Source: Candidatus Latescibacterota bacterium (GTDB lineage: Bacteria; Latescibacterota; UBA2968; UBA8231). Taken from it: 64,000 nt of DNA. The DNA lies in contig CBDCDC010000002.1 in assembly GCA_965215195.1 (NCBI GenBank), forward strand, positions 512,001-576,000, written 5' to 3'. Position 1 is the stretch's first letter; each line of letters starts with the position of its first letter. The notes under the pieces are model-generated. The model searched no databases. It saw nothing but the letters and a program-made list of their open reading frames with translations, and had not been told where the DNA came from. A program made the position numbers and the translations under genes. Below, one piece after another: positions 40,403-51,464 of the stretch.

Positions 40403-40436
40403 GCCTCTTCTCCCACACCGGAGAAGGGGCTTTTTT
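40403..40436 (+). terminator. Rho-independent terminator after clpX
   Basis: GCCTCTTCTCC/GGAGAAGGGGC stem followed by TTTTTT. Confidence 0.75.
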
Positions 40437-40450
40437 ATGGGAAACGCGCC

Positions 40451-41734
40451 ATGCAGCCTAGGCGCTATCCAGCGCGAGTGCTGTGGCGGCACCAGCCTGC
40501 GACCACAGCGGCCACCGCCACAGGGGAAGTGGCCGTGCGGGGGCGGCTCCTCCACCTCGCCGAAGGTCAAGGCAGGATCGCAGACGAGAGCGGAGAGGTT
40601 GATTTCGCGGTGCAGACGCAGGCAGAAGGGGTAACAGCCGGGGATATAGTCGAATTGTATGGGGTTGCGGCAGAAGGCATTATAGCCGTTACCCAAATCC
40701 GCTTGTTAGCTCCTAGCAATGCGGTGTGGTGCGAGGGGGATTGGGCGCGGTTCCACGCCAACAGGTTGTGGGCAAATATGCGGGTGCGGGCCGCCGTGTT
40801 AGACGCTGTGCGCGATTTTTTTCGCGACGCGAACTTCCTCGCTGTGGAGACGCCCACTTTGGTTCGCGCCTCGGCGCAAGAGGAGCACATCGAGCTATTC
40901 GCCACAGAGTACCAAGCGGAAAAGGCAAAGGAGAAATTTTATCTCGCCCCCTCTCCCGAGCTGTACATGAAGCGGTTGCTAGGGGTGGGCTTTGAGCGGA
41001 TTTACCAGATCAGCCGCTCGTACCGCAATGGGGAAATGGGGCCGCAACACAACCCCGAGTTTACCCTAATCGAATGGTATCGGGCGTACGCCAGTTACGA
41101 GGAAATCATGGCCGATGTCGAGAATTTGGTGGCCCATGTGGTGGAAAGGGTCTTGGGGCGGTTGAGCGTGGTGTGGGCAGGGCGCGAGATCGGCGTCCAG
41201 CCGCCGTGGGAGCGGCTCAGCGTCCGCGATGCCTTTGTGCGCTGGGCCGCGGTCGATTTGGCGGCCTGTGCAGACGCAGAATCGCTTTTTTGCCGCGCCC
41301 GTGCCTTGGGCTATGGCAGCGCTAGACGAGGGGATAGTTGGGAGGATCTATACCACAAAATTCTGTTGGAAAAAGTCGAGCCCGAATTGGCCAAACTAGG
41401 GGCGGTCCACCTTTTCGATTACCCTCGGCCGTTGGCCGCATTGGCCAAATTAAAAGAAGGCCAGTCGGCCGTAGCCGAGAGGACGGAGGCGTACTTGGGG
41501 GGGGTGGAGCTATCGAACGGCTATACCGAATTAAACGACCCAGCCCAACAGCGCGAGCGCTTTGCGCGGGGTGCGCGGCCGGGGGATGCACCGGCCGACG
41601 AGGCGTTTCTCGCGGCTATGGAGCGGGGCATTCCGCCGGCTGGTGGCGTGGCCTTGGGGTTGGATCGGTTGGTCATGGTCGTTGCCGGCGCGGCTTGCTT
41701 AGACGAGGTGATCGCCTTTCCGCTGGGGCATTAG
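40451..41734 (+). CDS. epmA: EF-P lysine aminoacylase EpmA/GenX with N-terminal OB-like extension
   Basis: [50 protein letters not shown]. Confidence 0.8.
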   Translation: MQPRRYPARVLWRHQPATTAATATGEVAVRGRLLHLAEGQGRIADESGEVDFAVQTQAEGVTAGDIVELYGVAAEGIIAVTQIRLLAPSNAVWCEGDWARFHANRLWANMRVRAAVLDAVRDFFRDANFLAVETPTLVRASAQEEHIELFATEYQAEKAKEKFYLAPSPELYMKRLLGVGFERIYQISRSYRNGEMGPQHNPEFTLIEWYRAYASYEEIMADVENLVAHVVERVLGRLSVVWAGREIGVQPPWERLSVRDAFVRWAAVDLAACADAESLFCRARALGYGSARRGDSWEDLYHKILLEKVEPELAKLGAVHLFDYPRPLAALAKLKEGQSAVAERTEAYLGGVELSNGYTELNDPAQQRERFARGARPGDAPADEAFLAAMERGIPPAGGVALGLDRLVMVVAGAACLDEVIAFPLGH

Positions 41735-42336
41735 TTGGCGAGGGCTGCCAGCTCTTTTTCGGACGCCAGCAGGCCGTCGATTAGGCCGAAGTCGATGGCC
41801 TCGGCGGGCGAAAGAAAGTAATCGCGCTCGGTGACCAGCTCGATGCGCTCAAGCGGCTGGCCGGTATCTTGGACCAATATCTGATTGAGCCGGTCGCGCC
41901 ACTCCACGATTTCGCGGGCGTGGATTTCGATGTCGGCGGCTTGGCCGCGGACCCCTCCCCAGGGCTGGTGGATCATGAGCCGAGAGTGCGCAAGGGCGTG
42001 GCGCTTGCCCTTGGTCCCGCCGGCGAGGAGAATCGCACTCATGCTGTACGCTTGGCCGATGCACAGGGTCGCCACGTCGCAGGGGACGTACTTCATGGTG
42101 TCGTAGATGGCCAAGCCAGCCGTGAGGCTGCCGCCGGGGCTGTTGATGTAGAGCGAGATGTCTTTCTTGGGATCTTCCGAGGTTAAAAAGAGTAGCTGGG
42201 CGATGATGAGGTTGGCTTCGTGGTCGTCGATCGGGGTGCTGATGAAGATGATCCGCTCCTTGAGGAGGCGCGAGAAAATGTCGTAGGCGCGCTCGCCGCG
42301 GCCGGTCTGTTCGATTACTATGGGTACGATGGCCAT
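41731..42336 (-). CDS. clpP: ATP-dependent Clp protease proteolytic subunit
   Basis: [19 protein letters not shown], catalytic S (AYSM), H (IHQP), D (ERD). Confidence 0.97.
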   Translation of the reverse strand: MAIVPIVIEQTGRGERAYDIFSRLLKERIIFISTPIDDHEANLIIAQLLFLTSEDPKKDISLYINSPGGSLTAGLAIYDTMKYVPCDVATLCIGQAYSMSAILLAGGTKGKRHALAHSRLMIHQPWGGVRGQAADIEIHAREIVEWRDRLNQILVQDTGQPLERIELVTERDYFLSPAEAIDFGLIDGLLASEKELAALAN

Positions 42337-42380
42337 GTGCTATTCTGTCGTGAAAAGAGAGCTTATTAACGGGTCAATGG

Positions 42381-42409
42381 ACTATAGGCGATACCCAATA
42401 TAGTGTCAA
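42381..42409 (-). promoter_or_regulatory. Sigma-70 promoter of clpP
   Basis: TTGACA-17 nt-TATAGT. Confidence 0.7.
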
Positions 42410-42546
42410 TGGGTCACCGCTCAGGTCAATTGACCGCGCTGGGTCGGCGCGGTACATTTTGCCCTGTTCGCAGCGCGTCGTTGCCCCACCGAAGGTTAGT
42501 CCCTTAATCCATTGCAAGGCACAGTGATACGATTTTTTGAGTTCCG

Positions 42547-43197
42547 TTGCTTGGCCCTAGCGGGTCGCGGGTGCGCGTGCTCGTAGGCATTACCGGCGGC
42601 ATGGGTGCGGGCAAATCCGCCCTGGCGCAAATGCTCGCCGGATTGGGTGCGCTGCGGGTCGATGCCGACGAAGTGGCCCGCGAAGTGGCAGAAATCCCAG
42701 CGGTAATAAAGAATCTACAAGCGGCATTTGGCCGCGATTTGCTCGGCCCAGACGGGTGCTTGAACCGCCGGGAGTTGGGGCGTCGCGCCCTGCGGTCAGA
42801 CGAGGCGAGCCAGCGGTTAGAGGCCATTGTGCGGCCGCCCCTAGCAGCGGCCATCAAGCACCGGCTGGCGCGGGCGGTGGAGGAGGCCGGCGGGGGGGTC
42901 GTGGTGTTTGACGCGCCCCTGATATACGAGTGGGGGAACGAGGGGCACTTCGACCGGATCGCGGTGGTTGATGCCGAGGAGGAACGATGCGTGTCGCGGG
43001 TGCAGCAGCGCAGCGGCTTGCCGGTGTGCGAGATTAGGCAGCGGATGGCCCGCCAGATGGATCCGCGAAAAAAAAAGGCCCGCGCCGATTTTGTCATCGA
43101 CAACAACGGCAGTTTGGCCGCGCTCGCCGCGCAGGCGGAAGCACTGTGGGCCGAGTTGGTCGGCACCGCGCAGGGAAGAGGCGACCATGGCGAATGA
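42547..43197 (+). CDS. coaE: Dephospho-CoA kinase
   Basis: GITGGMGAGKS, DAD, DAPLIYE, ADFVIDN. Confidence 0.92.
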   Translation: MLGPSGSRVRVLVGITGGMGAGKSALAQMLAGLGALRVDADEVAREVAEIPAVIKNLQAAFGRDLLGPDGCLNRRELGRRALRSDEASQRLEAIVRPPLAAAIKHRLARAVEEAGGGVVVFDAPLIYEWGNEGHFDRIAVVDAEEERCVSRVQQRSGLPVCEIRQRMARQMDPRKKKARADFVIDNNGSLAALAAQAEALWAELVGTAQGRGDHGE

Positions 43198-44296
43198 GCG
43201 CTTGCGGCGGACGCCCCTCTACGAGGTCGCCGTTGCCGAAGGCGGGCGCATGGTGCCCTTTGGCGGGTGGGAAATGCCGGTCCAGTTCGAGGGCATCCGC
43301 CGCGAGCACTGGGCAGTGCGCCGAGCGGTCGGCCTGTTCGACATATCGCACATGGGCCGGATCGCCATTTCCGGGGAGCGCGGGTTGGCCTTTCTCGACA
43401 GCCTCTTGCCAGCGCGGGTGCGCGAATTGACCAGCGGCCAGATGCGCTACGCGCCGCTGTGCAATGAGCGGGGGGGATGCGTGGACGATCTGGTGGTCTA
43501 TCGGCTCGCACAACGGGAGTACCTCTTGGTGGTCAACGCGAGCCGGAAGGCTGCTGACTGGCAGTGGATTACCGCGTACGCAGTGGGGTGGTCGGGTGTG
43601 CAAATCGAGGACTTGAGCGATGAACAGGGCATGGTAGCTGTCCAAGGGCCGCGGGCCGCCGCCCTAGTTGAAGCACTCGCCGGACCGGCTAGCGCGGCGC
43701 TAGGGTACTATCGCTGCACAACGATGGAGATCGCCGGGATACGAGCGCTGCTCAGCCGCAATGGCTACACCGGCGAAGACGGGTTTGAGATCATGTGTCC
43801 GGCCGATCAAGTCGCCGCGCTGTGGGCCAAGCTCCGCGCGGCCGGTGCCCAACCCTGTGGGCTAGGTGCGCGCGACACCTTGCGCCTCGAGATGGGGTTT
43901 TGTCTCTATGGCCGCGAATTGAACGATCAGACGACCCCCCTAGAGGCGGGTTTGGCTTGGACCTTGGACTTAGAAAAAGAGGCGTATTTTATCGGAGCTG
44001 AGGCGCTGCGGGCGCAGCGCACGGCCGGAGGCTATCGCCGTTTGCGCGGCTTCCGCATGCTGGAAAGGGGCATTCCCCGGCCGGATTATCCGGTTTTCGA
44101 CCAGCGCGGCAAGCAGGTGGGGACCGTTACGAGTGGGACGCACTCGCCGGTGCTCGGCGCGGGGATCGGGCTGGCCTATTTACAGCGCGGTGCGCAAAAA
44201 ATAGGCACCGAGGTGTACATCGGCATGAAGGGCAAGCGGCAACCCGCCACAGTGGTCGAGCGGCCCTTTGTGCCTTCGGCTCTTAAAAAGGACTAA
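43187..44296 (+). CDS. gcvT: Glycine cleavage system T protein
   Basis: [36 protein letters not shown]. Confidence 0.97.
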   Translation: MANERLRRTPLYEVAVAEGGRMVPFGGWEMPVQFEGIRREHWAVRRAVGLFDISHMGRIAISGERGLAFLDSLLPARVRELTSGQMRYAPLCNERGGCVDDLVVYRLAQREYLLVVNASRKAADWQWITAYAVGWSGVQIEDLSDEQGMVAVQGPRAAALVEALAGPASAALGYYRCTTMEIAGIRALLSRNGYTGEDGFEIMCPADQVAALWAKLRAAGAQPCGLGARDTLRLEMGFCLYGRELNDQTTPLEAGLAWTLDLEKEAYFIGAEALRAQRTAGGYRRLRGFRMLERGIPRPDYPVFDQRGKQVGTVTSGTHSPVLGAGIGLAYLQRGAQKIGTEVYIGMKGKRQPATVVERPFVPSALKKD

Positions 44297-44307
44297 GCGG
44301 AGGCTGC

Positions 44308-47190
44308 ATGGGCGACGAATTTGGACCTAGCGATGCTTTTGTCCGCCGGCACATCGGCCCTACGGCCGCAGATGTAGCCGCCATGCTGGCGGCCGTGGGG
44401 GCCGACAGCTTGGACGACCTCATGGCCGAGGCCCTGCCGGCGGCGATTCGGATGCAAGGCCCCTTGGCGCTAGGCGAAGGCATCAGCGAGTACGAGCTGA
44501 TGGGGAGGTTGCGCGAATTGGCCGGCCAGAATCGCATACACCGCAGTTTTATCGGCATGGGCTACTCAGGCTGCATAACTCCTCCGGTGATCCAGCGCAA
44601 CATCTTGGAGAATCCAGGCTGGTACACCCAGTACACGCCCTACCAGTCCGAAATCGCCCAAGGGCGGCTAGAGGCCCTGCTCAACTTCCAGACCATGGTC
44701 GGCGACCTGACGGGTTTTGCCCTAGCCAATGCCTCCTTGTTGGACGAAGCCACGGCCGCGGCCGAAGCCATTGCCATGCTGCGGGCAGTGCAAAAGAAAA
44801 ACGCGAGCCAGCGCGTCTTTGTCTCGTCGGCCTGCCACCCGCAAACCATAGCGGTGGTCGAGGTCCGGGCCGAGTCGCGGGGGTGGGAGGTTGTAGTAGG
44901 CGATCACCGAGCATGGGATTTTGCGTCCGGGGCCTTCGCCGCCCTGCTCCAGTACCCGGCCTCGGACGGCGCTCTATACGACTACGCCGCCTTCTGCGCT
45001 CAGGCTCACGCCGAGCAGACGCTCGTGTGCGTGGCGGTCGATTTGCTCGCCCTGTGTTTGCTGCGGCCCCCCGGGGAGTTTGGGGCCGATGCGGCCGTCG
45101 GGAGCGCACAGCGCTTTGGCATGCCGATGGGATACGGCGGCCCGCACGCGGCCTTTTTGGCGACGCGACCCGAGTTCCAGCGGCAGGTGCCCGGGCGCAT
45201 CATTGGCGTCTCCACGGATGTCCGCGGCCAGCCCGCCCTGCGCATGGCCCTGCAAACCCGCGAACAGCACATCAAACGAGAACGGGCGACGAGCAATATA
45301 TGCACGGCCGAGGTCTTGCCAGCCGTGGTGGCGAGCATGTACGCGGTCTATCACGGGCCGGCCGGACTGCGGCGCATGGCCCGTCGCATACACCGCCAAG
45401 CGCGGGCGCTCGCTCGCGGGCTGGAGGAAGCCGGCTACCGCGTCGTCCACGACCAGTACTTTGACGCGCTGCGCGTTGAAGTGGGAGCGCGGGGGGACGC
45501 GCTGTTGGCGCAGGCGCGGGCCGCGGGGATGAACTTCCGCAATCTAGGGGACGGGCACTGGGGCATTGCCCTCGACGAAACGACCCACAAGGCCGATTTG
45601 CAAGCCATCCTCGCCTTGCTGGGCGGCAAGTTGCCTGCCCAAGTCCATGCAGAGCCTGCTTGGACGCCGGTCCACGGCCGCCACTCGCGCTTCATGGAGC
45701 ATCCAGTCTTTGCGGCGCATCACTCCGAGACCGCAATGATGCGCTACATGCGCCGGCTCGAAGCCAAGGATATGTCCTTGGTCCACGCGATGATTCCCCT
45801 CGGCTCGTGTACCATGAAGCTCAATGCGACCGCGGAAATGATGGCGATTACTTGGCCCGAATTCGCTGGGCTGCATCCGTTTGCACCCGTAGAGCAAGCC
45901 CGGGGGTACGCGGCGATTTTCGCCGAAATGGAGGATATGCTGCGCCAAATCACCGGCCTCAAGGGCATTTCCCTGCAACCCAACGCGGGTTCGCAGGGCG
46001 AATACGCCGGCCTACTCATCGTGCGCAAATACCACCGGACGCGCGGGGAGGCCCAGCGCAACGTCTGCCTCATTCCGGCCTCGGCCCATGGGACGAACCC
46101 AGCTAGCGCGGTTATGGCCGGGTTGGACGTGGTAGTCATCGCCTGTGACGAGGAAGGTAATATCGACTTGGCAGACCTGCGGGCGAAGGCCGCCGCACAC
46201 CGCGAACAGCTAGCGGCCCTGATGGTGACGTACCCATCGACCCACGGGGTGTTTGAAGAAGCCATCGGCGAAATCTGCGCGATCGTCCACCAAGCGGGCG
46301 GTCAGGTCTATATGGACGGCGCCAATATGAATGCCTTGGTGGGATTGTGCCGGCCCGGAGAAATCGGCATTGACGTGTGCCACTTGAATTTGCACAAGAC
46401 CTTTTGCATCCCCCACGGCGGGGGCGGCCCGGGGATGGGTCCCATTGCCGTGGCCGAGCACTTGGTGGAGTTCCTGCCCGCGCACCCCCTCGTCCACACC
46501 GGCGGGGCCGCAACGCCTCACCCGCCGCCTTCAGGCGGTGCCTCGATTGGCCCCATTGCGGCCGCGCCGTGGGGCAGTGCCTCGATTCTGCTCATATCGT
46601 GGGCCTACTTGCGCCTGATGGGCGGCTCGGGCCTCACCGAGGCGACGCAGGTGGCGATCCTCAATGCCAATTACCTGAGCCGCCGCCTCGCGGATTCCTT
46701 TCCCGTGTTATACAAAGGGCGCAACGGGCGCGTGGCCCACGAGTGCATCCTCGACCTGCGCTGGGCGCGGAAGTACGGCATTGGCGTAGAAGACGTGGCT
46801 AAACGGTTGATGGACTACGGGTTCCACGCGCCTACGGTATCCTTCCCGGTCGCTGGGACCCTGATGGTCGAACCTACTGAGAGCGAGTCCAAGGCCGAAT
46901 TGGACCGGTTTTGCGCGGCCATGATCGCCATTGGCGGCGAAATCCGGCAAGTAGCTGCCGGAGAGATGGACCGCGCCAACAACCCCCTCGTCCACGCGCC
47001 GCACCCCGTGGATGTCGTGCTGGCCGCCGAGTGGGATCGGCCCTATTCTAGAACCATTGCCGCCCTGCCGGCGCCTTGGCTGTTGGAGCGCAAGTTCTGG
47101 CCGGCCGTAGGGAGGCTGAACGACGCGCAGGGCGATCGCAACCTGATCTGTTCCTGTCCGCCCATAGAAACGTATTCACAAGAGGAATGA
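44308..47190 (+). CDS. gcvP: Glycine dehydrogenase (single-chain P protein)
   Basis: [43 protein letters not shown]. Confidence 0.98.
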   Translation: MGDEFGPSDAFVRRHIGPTAADVAAMLAAVGADSLDDLMAEALPAAIRMQGPLALGEGISEYELMGRLRELAGQNRIHRSFIGMGYSGCITPPVIQRNILENPGWYTQYTPYQSEIAQGRLEALLNFQTMVGDLTGFALANASLLDEATAAAEAIAMLRAVQKKNASQRVFVSSACHPQTIAVVEVRAESRGWEVVVGDHRAWDFASGAFAALLQYPASDGALYDYAAFCAQAHAEQTLVCVAVDLLALCLLRPPGEFGADAAVGSAQRFGMPMGYGGPHAAFLATRPEFQRQVPGRIIGVSTDVRGQPALRMALQTREQHIKRERATSNICTAEVLPAVVASMYAVYHGPAGLRRMARRIHRQARALARGLEEAGYRVVHDQYFDALRVEVGARGDALLAQARAAGMNFRNLGDGHWGIALDETTHKADLQAILALLGGKLPAQVHAEPAWTPVHGRHSRFMEHPVFAAHHSETAMMRYMRRLEAKDMSLVHAMIPLGSCTMKLNATAEMMAITWPEFAGLHPFAPVEQARGYAAIFAEMEDMLRQITGLKGISLQPNAGSQGEYAGLLIVRKYHRTRGEAQRNVCLIPASAHGTNPASAVMAGLDVVVIACDEEGNIDLADLRAKAAAHREQLAALMVTYPSTHGVFEEAIGEICAIVHQAGGQVYMDGANMNALVGLCRPGEIGIDVCHLNLHKTFCIPHGGGGPGMGPIAVAEHLVEFLPAHPLVHTGGAATPHPPPSGGASIGPIAAAPWGSASILLISWAYLRLMGGSGLTEATQVAILNANYLSRRLADSFPVLYKGRNGRVAHECILDLRWARKYGIGVEDVAKRLMDYGFHAPTVSFPVAGTLMVEPTESESKAELDRFCAAMIAIGGEIRQVAAGEMDRANNPLVHAPHPVDVVLAAEWDRPYSRTIAALPAPWLLERKFWPAVGRLNDAQGDRNLICSCPPIETYSQEE

Positions 47191-47191
47191 G

Positions 47192-48181
47192 ATGAGCCAA
47201 AAGCGCGCCCTAATCACTGGCATTACCGGCCAAGACGGTTCGTACTTGGCCGAATTGCTGCTAAAACAGGGCTATGAGGTTTTCGGGCTAGTCCGCCGCA
47301 GTAGCACGGTCAACTTCGAGCGGATCGGCCATTTGCAGGACCAAATCGAGCTGATCTCCGGCGATCTGTTGGACCAGAAGTCGCTGGTTTCAGCGCTGCA
47401 GACCGCGCGGCCGCAGGAAGTGTACAATCTGGGTGCCCAGTCCTTTATACCGGTCTCTTGGGAACAGCCCATGTTGACTGGCGAGATCACCGGCTTGGGC
47501 GTGACGCGGCTTTTGGAAGCCATCCGCGCCTGCGACGAGAACATTCGCTTTTACCAAGCCAGTACCAGCGAACTATTTGGCAAGGTACAGGAGACGCCGC
47601 AGAACGAGCAGACGGCCTTTTATCCGCGCTCGCCCTACGGGGTGTCCAAGCTCTACGCGCATTGGATCACCATCAACTACCGCGAGAGCTACGGCCTGTT
47701 CGCCTGTGCGGGCATTCTCTTCAATCACGAGTCGCCGCGCCGCGGGCGCGAATTCGTCACCCGCAAAATCACGCACGGCGTGGCCCGCATCAAATGCGGG
47801 CTGGACCAAGAGCTGCGCCTCGGCGACCTAACTCCTCGCCGCGATTGGGGCTATGCCGGCGACTATGTCCGCGCGATGTGGATGATGCTGCAGCAGGACG
47901 AACCCGACGATTACGTCATCGCCACGGGCACCTCCCGCACCATTGGCGAATTCTGCGAGATCGCCTTTGCCCACGCCGGCTTGGACTGGCGGCAATACGT
48001 GGTCGTGGATGAGCGCTTTTTGCGCCCGGCCGAGGTATATACCCTGTTGGGCGATGCGACTAAGGCGCGGGAAAAACTCGGTTGGGTACCCGAGGTTGGC
48101 TTTGAGGAAATGGTGCGGCAGATGGTTGACTCGGACTTGGACCAGGTGGCCCATCAGTCGGCCCTAGGACTGCGGCGATAG
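47192..48181 (+). CDS. gmd: GDP-mannose 4,6-dehydratase
   Basis: [45 protein letters not shown]. Confidence 0.96.
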   Translation: MSQKRALITGITGQDGSYLAELLLKQGYEVFGLVRRSSTVNFERIGHLQDQIELISGDLLDQKSLVSALQTARPQEVYNLGAQSFIPVSWEQPMLTGEITGLGVTRLLEAIRACDENIRFYQASTSELFGKVQETPQNEQTAFYPRSPYGVSKLYAHWITINYRESYGLFACAGILFNHESPRRGREFVTRKITHGVARIKCGLDQELRLGDLTPRRDWGYAGDYVRAMWMMLQQDEPDDYVIATGTSRTIGEFCEIAFAHAGLDWRQYVVVDERFLRPAEVYTLLGDATKAREKLGWVPEVGFEEMVRQMVDSDLDQVAHQSALGLRR

Positions 48182-48897
48182 CGGCGGCTGAACTTGCGGA
48201 TCTGGCCGCAGATCGTCTGAATCGCCCGCACATCGCGAACTTCCAAATCGACCTTGTTGAAGAAGCGGCGCAACACGCGGCCGAAGTGATCTGGCCTGTT
48301 GTTGTACGGGGTAAACTCTATCTGGGCAAGGGCTTGCAAAATCTGAGTGAACATGCGTTCGCGCTCGCCGGCCGTAGCCAGTTGCGCGGGCGGCTCCGGT
48401 GGCTTTTCGCTCACGGCCGCATACAGGCCATAGGCGAGCAGCAGCACGGCGTGAGAGAGGTTGAGGGAGGGATAGGCCACGGCCGTGGGGAACCTCAGCA
48501 CTTGGTGGCAGAGCGCGAGTTCCTCGTGCCACAACCCGTCCCGTTCGCGCCCAAACACGAGGGCGATGCGGCGGTGATGGGCTTGGGCGGCTAGTTGGGT
48601 AATCAGGGCCCCCGGCGCGGAAGTAACCGCGCGGAAGCGGCCCTGCCGATGGGTCGTGCCGACGACGATGTGGCAATCGGCGACGGCCGCTGCGAGGCTG
48701 GGAAATACTTGGCTGCCGTCGAGAATATCGCCGGCACCGTGGGCAAAGGTGTGCGCTTCCGGCGTATCCCACGCCCCGGGATTGACCAAGGCCAACTGGC
48801 TTATGCCCGTGGTCTTGAGCACGCGGGCCGTAGCACCGATGTTGCCGGGCGTGGCCGGCTCGACGAGCACGACGCGAATGTGGTCGAGAGGATTCAT
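48154..48897 (-). CDS. TrmJ/LasT-family SPOUT RNA methyltransferase
   Basis: [28 protein letters not shown]. Confidence 0.9.
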   Translation of the reverse strand: MNPLDHIRVVLVEPATPGNIGATARVLKTTGISQLALVNPGAWDTPEAHTFAHGAGDILDGSQVFPSLAAAVADCHIVVGTTHRQGRFRAVTSAPGALITQLAAQAHHRRIALVFGRERDGLWHEELALCHQVLRFPTAVAYPSLNLSHAVLLLAYGLYAAVSEKPPEPPAQLATAGERERMFTQILQALAQIEFTPYNNRPDHFGRVLRRFFNKVDLEVRDVRAIQTICGQIRKFSRRYRRSPRAD

Positions 48898-48937
48898 GCG
48901 GCGGACCAAACTAAACCAAGAAAGACACTGCGCGCCA

Positions 48938-50200
48938 ATGCACTCAGCAGGTGAATTCATCCGCATCCAACTCGCGCCCGGCGTCTATTTGCACTTGCAC
49001 AGCATTGGGTTGTACAAGACGGTCCGGGTGGATGTGTGTCTGAGTACGCCGCTGTGTGCGCCGCGGCATTCGCTCGTGGCCCTGAGCAGCCGACTGCTGG
49101 CGCGGGGCACGCACGAGCTGCCCGATGTGCAGAGCCTCAACCGCTTTATCGACGACCTCTACGGGGCGTATTACTCGGTGCAAGTCAATAGCTTGGGCGA
49201 GCATCAGTTCATTCATTTGTGCCTAGAGCTTATCGACGAGAACTTCCTCGGGGAGAAAGGGATACTGGTGCGCGGCCTCGCTTTCCTCCGCGACGTCCTG
49301 CGCGATGGCAGTGGGTTCCAGCGCGATTATCTAGAGCGCGAAAAGCACCGCCTCACGCGGCAAATCGCCGATGGCTTCAACGACAAACTCGGCTACGCAC
49401 AAAGGCGGTGCAGCGAAGAGATGTGCCGGGGCGAACCCATGGGCCTGTCGCCGCTGGGCAACCCTGCGGACTTTGCCGCTGTGCAGGCCGACGAGCTGTG
49501 GGCTTTTCACCGCGAGCGGACAGCTGCCGACCGCCTGGACCTCTTCGTAAGCGGCGATTTGCGCTTGGAGCAGATTCGGCCCTTGATAGAGTCGATTTTT
49601 ACTTGGGAACGCGCCGCGAGTCAGCCCCGGCCCCAACCTCCGCGCCCGCGCCTTGCTGGGCGGCCGCGCGAGGTTTTTGAATGCCAAGCGGTGCGCGAGG
49701 CAAAAATGGTGTTGGGCTATCGCACTCAAGTTGCTTATGGCGCAGACGACTATCCGGCTTTGGTACTCCTAAACCTGATCCTCGGCGGCGATGGCCCATC
49801 GCGGCTGTTTAAGCACCTCCGCGAAGAGGAAGGCTTGTGCTATTACATCGCATCGCATATCGAGACCTTGAGCGGACTGCTCTTTGTGGCCGCGGGCATT
49901 GAGGCCGCCGCGTACCCCGAGGTGCGGCACAAGGTGGAGAAAGAGCTGCAATCGCTGCGCGCAGGGGTCTTTGACCCCCGGGAAATCGAAGCAGCGCGGC
50001 GCTTACTTAGGGCGCGGCTGTTGGGACTAACCGAAGATCGCGAGGGCTTTTTTCGCTATCAGTTGCGCGAGGGGCTGATGGGGGGCAGTCAGTCCCCGGA
50101 AGCGCTGTGGCAGCGCATTGAGCAAGTCGGCGTTGAGGAGCTAACCCGCGTGGCCGGTGGCATTGCCGCGGATACGGCCTTTCTATTGCACGGGACGTGA
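48938..50200 (+). CDS. M16 peptidase family, non-catalytic subunit (YmfF-like)
   Basis: YKT, LLARGT, DLYGA, LGGDGPSRLFKHLREEEGLCYY; no HxxEH. Confidence 0.8.
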   Translation: MHSAGEFIRIQLAPGVYLHLHSIGLYKTVRVDVCLSTPLCAPRHSLVALSSRLLARGTHELPDVQSLNRFIDDLYGAYYSVQVNSLGEHQFIHLCLELIDENFLGEKGILVRGLAFLRDVLRDGSGFQRDYLEREKHRLTRQIADGFNDKLGYAQRRCSEEMCRGEPMGLSPLGNPADFAAVQADELWAFHRERTAADRLDLFVSGDLRLEQIRPLIESIFTWERAASQPRPQPPRPRLAGRPREVFECQAVREAKMVLGYRTQVAYGADDYPALVLLNLILGGDGPSRLFKHLREEEGLCYYIASHIETLSGLLFVAAGIEAAAYPEVRHKVEKELQSLRAGVFDPREIEAARRLLRARLLGLTEDREGFFRYQLREGLMGGSQSPEALWQRIEQVGVEELTRVAGGIAADTAFLLHGT

Positions 50201-50204
50201 GAAC

Positions 50205-51464
50205 GTGATACTGGGAGAAGCCGTGTACCGCAGCCGCTTAGGCGGCCTCGAGGTGTGGGCGGTGCCGCGCTTAGGCAGTCGGCAAAAAGCGGCCGTGCTG
50301 TACATAGACTATGGTTCGGTCGATCTGCATTTGCGCGCCCGCAGCTCCGGGCAGGTACAGACCACGCCCGCTGGAACCGCGCACTTTCTCGAACACCGCC
50401 TTTTTGCCAAACCCTACGGCGACATCACCGAGCAAATCAACCGCCTCGGCGGCGTCGTAAACGCCAGCACCAGTTTTACTTCAACCGTTTTCTCTCTGAC
50501 GTGCATTGAGCACTTTGCCGCCCACCTAGCGTTGCTCTTTGAGCTGGCGTTGGACCTGCACGTCCGGCCGGCCGGCGTTGCTCAGGAGCGCGAAATCATC
50601 GGCCACGAGCTACAGATAAGCTGCGACGACCCGGAATGGATCGGGTTTCTGCGCGGCCTCAAGGCGCTGTACCGGGATGGCCCCTTGGCGTGGGACATGG
50701 CCGGTACGCGGGAGAGCATTGGGCAGACCGACGCGGCTATGCTAACCCGCTGCCACGAGGTCTTTTACCGGCCCGAATACATGGGGCTGTACTTGTGCGG
50801 GGATTTCGACGTAGAGGCCACTTGCGCGGTCGTCGAGTCCAACTTGCTAAAGTACAGCCGGCCGCGCCCGGCATGGGACCGCGTGGAGCGGCCGGTAGTT
50901 TTACCATCCCCGCAGCCGCTCGGGGCCTTGGCCCTGCCGGTCAGTCGGCCCTATACCTTGCTGTTTTTCGGCGATGACAAGGCGGGCCGCTCGGGCCGCG
51001 ACTTGCTCTTGCGGGAACTGGCCTTGGAGTTGGCCTTGGACATTGCCTTGGGGCCGGCGAGCGATTTCTTTGCCGCGCACTACGAAGATGGCCTGATCGA
51101 CGGCGATGCCTTTGGGGCCGAGGTCTATGCCGAGCCCACGTTCTGCTTTTGCACGGTGGGCGGATACAGCGAGCAGAGCGAGCGATTGTGCGAAGAAGTA
51201 AGCGCCGCATTGGCCGGCCTCGACGAGCGCGTTGTGGCCGCGGATTTGGGCCGCGCCAAGCGCAAAGCCTACGGCCTGCTGCTGCGCGCGTGGGAGCAAG
51301 CCGAGGACGTGGCCGATCTGCTCTGCGCGGCCGCGGCAAGCGGAGCCGCGCCCAGCACTTACTTTGACGTACACGAGCAAATCGCGGTCGCCGATGTCCT
51401 CGAGGTGCTGGAAAGCTGCTTGTCGCCAGCGCATTTGAGCGCAATGCAGATTGTGCCCGCGTAA
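50205..51464 (+). CDS. M16 peptidase family, catalytic subunit (YmfH-like)
   Basis: YGSVD, PAGTAHFLEHRLF, NASTSF, EREIIGHE, FYRP. Confidence 0.85.
   Translation: MILGEAVYRSRLGGLEVWAVPRLGSRQKAAVLYIDYGSVDLHLRARSSGQVQTTPAGTAHFLEHRLFAKPYGDITEQINRLGGVVNASTSFTSTVFSLTCIEHFAAHLALLFELALDLHVRPAGVAQEREIIGHELQISCDDPEWIGFLRGLKALYRDGPLAWDMAGTRESIGQTDAAMLTRCHEVFYRPEYMGLYLCGDFDVEATCAVVESNLLKYSRPRPAWDRVERPVVLPSPQPLGALALPVSRPYTLLFFGDDKAGRSGRDLLLRELALELALDIALGPASDFFAAHYEDGLIDGDAFGAEVYAEPTFCFCTVGGYSEQSERLCEEVSAALAGLDERVVAADLGRAKRKAYGLLLRAWEQAEDVADLLCAAAASGAAPSTYFDVHEQIAVADVLEVLESCLSPAHLSAMQIVPA

Noticed and set aside
44283-44310. Missing gcvH between gcvT and gcvP
   Set aside because: Split gcv clusters are common; cannot be judged from one window.
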